From the NCBI GenBank assembly GCA_973895155.1, contig OZ316899.1, positions 8,988,287 through 9,052,286 of the forward strand: a stretch of DNA of 64,000 nt, read 5' to 3'. The DNA comes from Marsupella aquatica. Its lineage: Eukaryota > Plantae > Marchantiophyta. Below are positions 61,057 to 64,000 of the stretch, in pieces (the stretch's first letter is position 1; every line of letters begins with the position of its first letter). The position numbers were made by a program, and so were the translations under genes. The notes beneath the pieces are model-generated. The model was not told the origin of the DNA, ran no database searches, and worked only from the letters and a program-made list of their open reading frames with translations.

Positions 61057-63724
61057 TCTGAACTTGAACAAACAAATGACGTTGAAGAATGCCTTGGAAG
61101 ACTTGATCAACCAAGGGTTCATTCATCGCAGTAAGAGTCCTTATGGGGCGCTTGCATTGTGTGTGTCCAAAAAGGATGGTACTTTGAGATTGTGCGCAGA
61201 TTATTGGGCCTCAATAAGCAAATGGTAAAGAACAAGTACCCGTTACCTCATATGGATGACCTCTTTGATTGCCTCTCCAAGGCTAAGAAGCTTTCAAAGG
61301 TGGACTTGCGGTCTGGGTATTACCAGATCCGCATGACTAAGGGGGACGAGTATAAGACTGCGATGCGCACAAGGTTTGGATCCTTTGAATTTTTGGTTAT
61401 GCCATTTGGGTTGTGTAATGCAACCGCAACGTTCATGAAGATGATGAATACCATCTTTCATGACTTGTTGGACCAAGGAGTGGTCGTCTTTATTGATGAC
61501 ATCCTAATCTACTCAAAATCGTTGGAGGAACATGAGCAGTTGCTCAGAGAAGTGTTCTCTCACCTTTGTAAGGCTTGTCTCTTTGCTAAACCTAGCAAGT
61601 GCAAGTTTGCAATGAACGAGATTCAGTTCCTCGGCCATACCTTTACCCCGGAGGAGATTATGCCTAGTCAGGACAAGCTTAAGGAGATCAAAGAATGGGA
61701 GCGTTCGTCCAATGTGAGGTGGGTTAGAGCCTTCTTAGGATTTGTGGGGTTCTATCGGAGATACATGAAAGACTATGCGAGGATCGTGAGGCCCCTAAAC
61801 GCGCTAACAATGAAAAACAATGTGTTTGTGTGGACACAGGATTGCGAGTTAGCATTCTTAGAACTTAAGCGGCTAAGATAACTTCACCGGTTCTAAAGTT
61901 ACCTGAGATGGGGAAGCCGTTTGAGATTTGGACAGACGCAAGTGATTACGCCATTGGCGCCTGTCTTCACCAAGATGGGTGTCCTGTGGCCTTTGAGTCA
62001 TGTAAGTTGAAAAATCATTGGATCACACCGGAAAGGGAAATGTATGCAGTGATCTACGCGTTGAAGAAGTGGGAGATTTACCTTAAGAACGGTCCCAAAG
62101 TGGTAACACACACAGATAGCTTGCCGGTTGGGTACTTCAGTTCTAAGCTAAGGCTGAACCCCAAGGAAATGTGTTGGCAGATGTTCTTGGCGGATGTTGA
62201 TTTCAAAGTCCGTCATGTTCCGGGGAAGACAAACACGGCAACTCACGCATTATCGCGTAGGGACCATCATTGTGTCAATGGGATCACAACGCTGAAATCC
62301 AAGTGGCCAAAGGTTCTGGCCACGGCGTATGGGGATGACAGGTTAGCTAAGGAATGGCAAAGCAATGGGGGTAGCCAAGCCAAGGTAAGGCACGTTTCAT
62401 TGGGGTTTGATACCGCGCACAATGTCCAGTTATGGCAATACAAGCAGAGGCGTGTGTACATCCCAAAGTCTCTAAGGTTAGAGGTTCTACAAAAGTATCA
62501 CGACTCACCCTGGGGAGGCCATGGCAGACACAACTGCTATGTATCGCAGCATGTCACGGATGTGTATTGGCCAGATATGAAGCAATCGGTTCTTCGCCAT
62601 GTGCAAAGTTGTTACTTGTGCCAAAAGAACCAAATGGTCTATAGGGCAAAAGGAGGACTACTACAACCCTTACCAGTAGCTGCGGCTCCATGGGAGTCTA
62701 TCTCCATGGACTTCATTGTTGGGTTACCTGAGTTCCATGGCAGTAACTTCATCTTAACAATCGGGGATCATTTTTCCAAGATGACGTATTTCTTGCCGAC
62801 TACAAAAATGGTTTTGGCCCGAGAGGTTGCCGGTCTGGTGTTTGACAATGTCTTCCAACAATGGGGATTGCCGTTGCATATCCTGTTCGACCACAATACC
62901 AAGTTCACGGGCCATTTTTGGAAGGCGTTGTTTTGGTTATCCGGAACAGACCTTACTAGAGGATCAGGGTAACATCACGAGACAAATGGCCAAACGGAAT
63001 GGGTGAATGGTATTGTGGAGGACTACTTGCATCACTTTGTGATGACCAATCAAAAGGATTGGGCTAAGCACTTAACAATGGTCAAGTTTAGGTATAACTC
63101 GACCAATCATTCAGCAACGGGGTTTGCGTTGTTTGTCTTGGCCATAGGGAGGACGCCAAGGAAGCCCTCCTGGTTCATAAATCCGGAAGCTTGGCGGGCG
63201 GAAAGCAAGGTCCTTCTGCGGACAATTTTTATTTGAGAGCAACGCTTAGTTGTGGAAGTGGCTACCAAGGGTATGACCCTTGCCCAAAGTCATACAAGGA
63301 GCAAGGGGACAAACATCAATGTCAGGTAAGCTTTGAAATTGGGGAGAGCGTTTGGTTGCAATTGAGACCTGAACAATACCATGGGAACATAAGTAGGAAG
63401 CTGGCTCCCAAATATGCGGGGCCCTATCGCATCATATGATGGGCCCACAAGGATAATTTGGTTTTGGTGGTGTTGGAGACACCCAAGGAAATGGGCATAG
63501 GCAAAAGCTATCATGTTAGCCGGCTCAAGAAATTTGTCAAAGACAATGATCCCAACCGGGATCAAGTCTTGCGTCCGGACGCCATGTTGGTGGAGGACAC
63601 TAAGGAGTTTGAGGTGGAGGCAATTATGGACCACCGTTACAAACGCAAGTTGGGAAGGCAAATCTTGGAGTATTTGGTGAAGTGGGCTGGCTATGATCAG
63701 GCCGAGAGTACTTGGGAACCGTGA
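61057..63724 (+). pseudogene. Gypsy RT, RNase H, integrase and chromodomain
   Basis: VDLRSGYYQI, MPFGLCNA, FIDDIL, TDASDYAIG, PWESISMDFI, LAPKYAGPY, EFEVEAIMDHR...EYLVKWAGYDQAESTWEP. Confidence 0.95.
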
Positions 63725-64000
63725 AGAAAATTTGGGTAATGCCCCAAAGATCCTTGGAAGCTATCGTAAGTGAAGCGGCCTACCGTCTTTGTGAACTGGT
63801 ACAAGCAGCTATAGCTAGGGTCATTGTAGCGTGCGAGGAAACAGTAAAAAAATTCCTTGCACGGGATCATTTTCTCCTTGGAATACCCAAAATTTGGCAC
63901 GAAAACAACCTCGCTAGCATAAAGTGACTCTCGCTAGCCTAAAAGGAACCTTCTATTTCACCTATTTATTTAACTCCCGTTGGGTTTAAAAAGCGATCTC

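Larger units (their letters stand above)
51220..64000 (+). mobile_element. Chromodomain Ty3/gypsy element, 3' end beyond the window; 5' LTR 51220-55045
   Basis: The LTR copy is followed directly by PBS-like TGTGTATCAGAGC (cf. tRNA-iMet TGGTATCAGAGC), then gag, PR, RT, RH, IN and a chromodomain. Confidence 0.82.

Overview
This is eukaryotic (land-plant-type) heterochromatic DNA made almost entirely of nested transposable elements; I could not support any ordinary host gene, RNA gene or CRISPR array. In order: (i) a CACTA transposase remnant interrupted at 760 by a second CACTA element whose spliced transposase gene contains a SET (lysine methyltransferase-like) exon and faces a divergent TnpA-like gene; (ii) an internally deleted Ty3/gypsy element (10842-17210); (iii) a Helitron remnant (3' end at 19740) that hosts two Bianca-type Ty1/copia elements, one decayed (20701-38563) and one with an intact 1520-aa ORF (38718-44148); (iv) inside the decayed copia, an 11.5-kb DNA transposon (25602-37125) with CCCTGGGCCC termini, an 8-bp TSD, a P-element-like transposase and unrecognised spliced cargo ORFs, with a short non-autonomous relative at 47272-49845; (v) a chromodomain gypsy element (51220 to window end) whose ~1.49-kb LTR has non-canonical AGT...ACT ends, occurs as three further solo LTRs, and carries two non-autonomous CACTA insertions. 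The best candidates for undescribed biology are the cargo-bearing P-like family, its Cys/His-rich cargo protein (a second diverged copy lies at ~17.8-18.4 kb), and the SET-carrying CACTA element. All domain calls come from reading motifs by eye, not from database searches.
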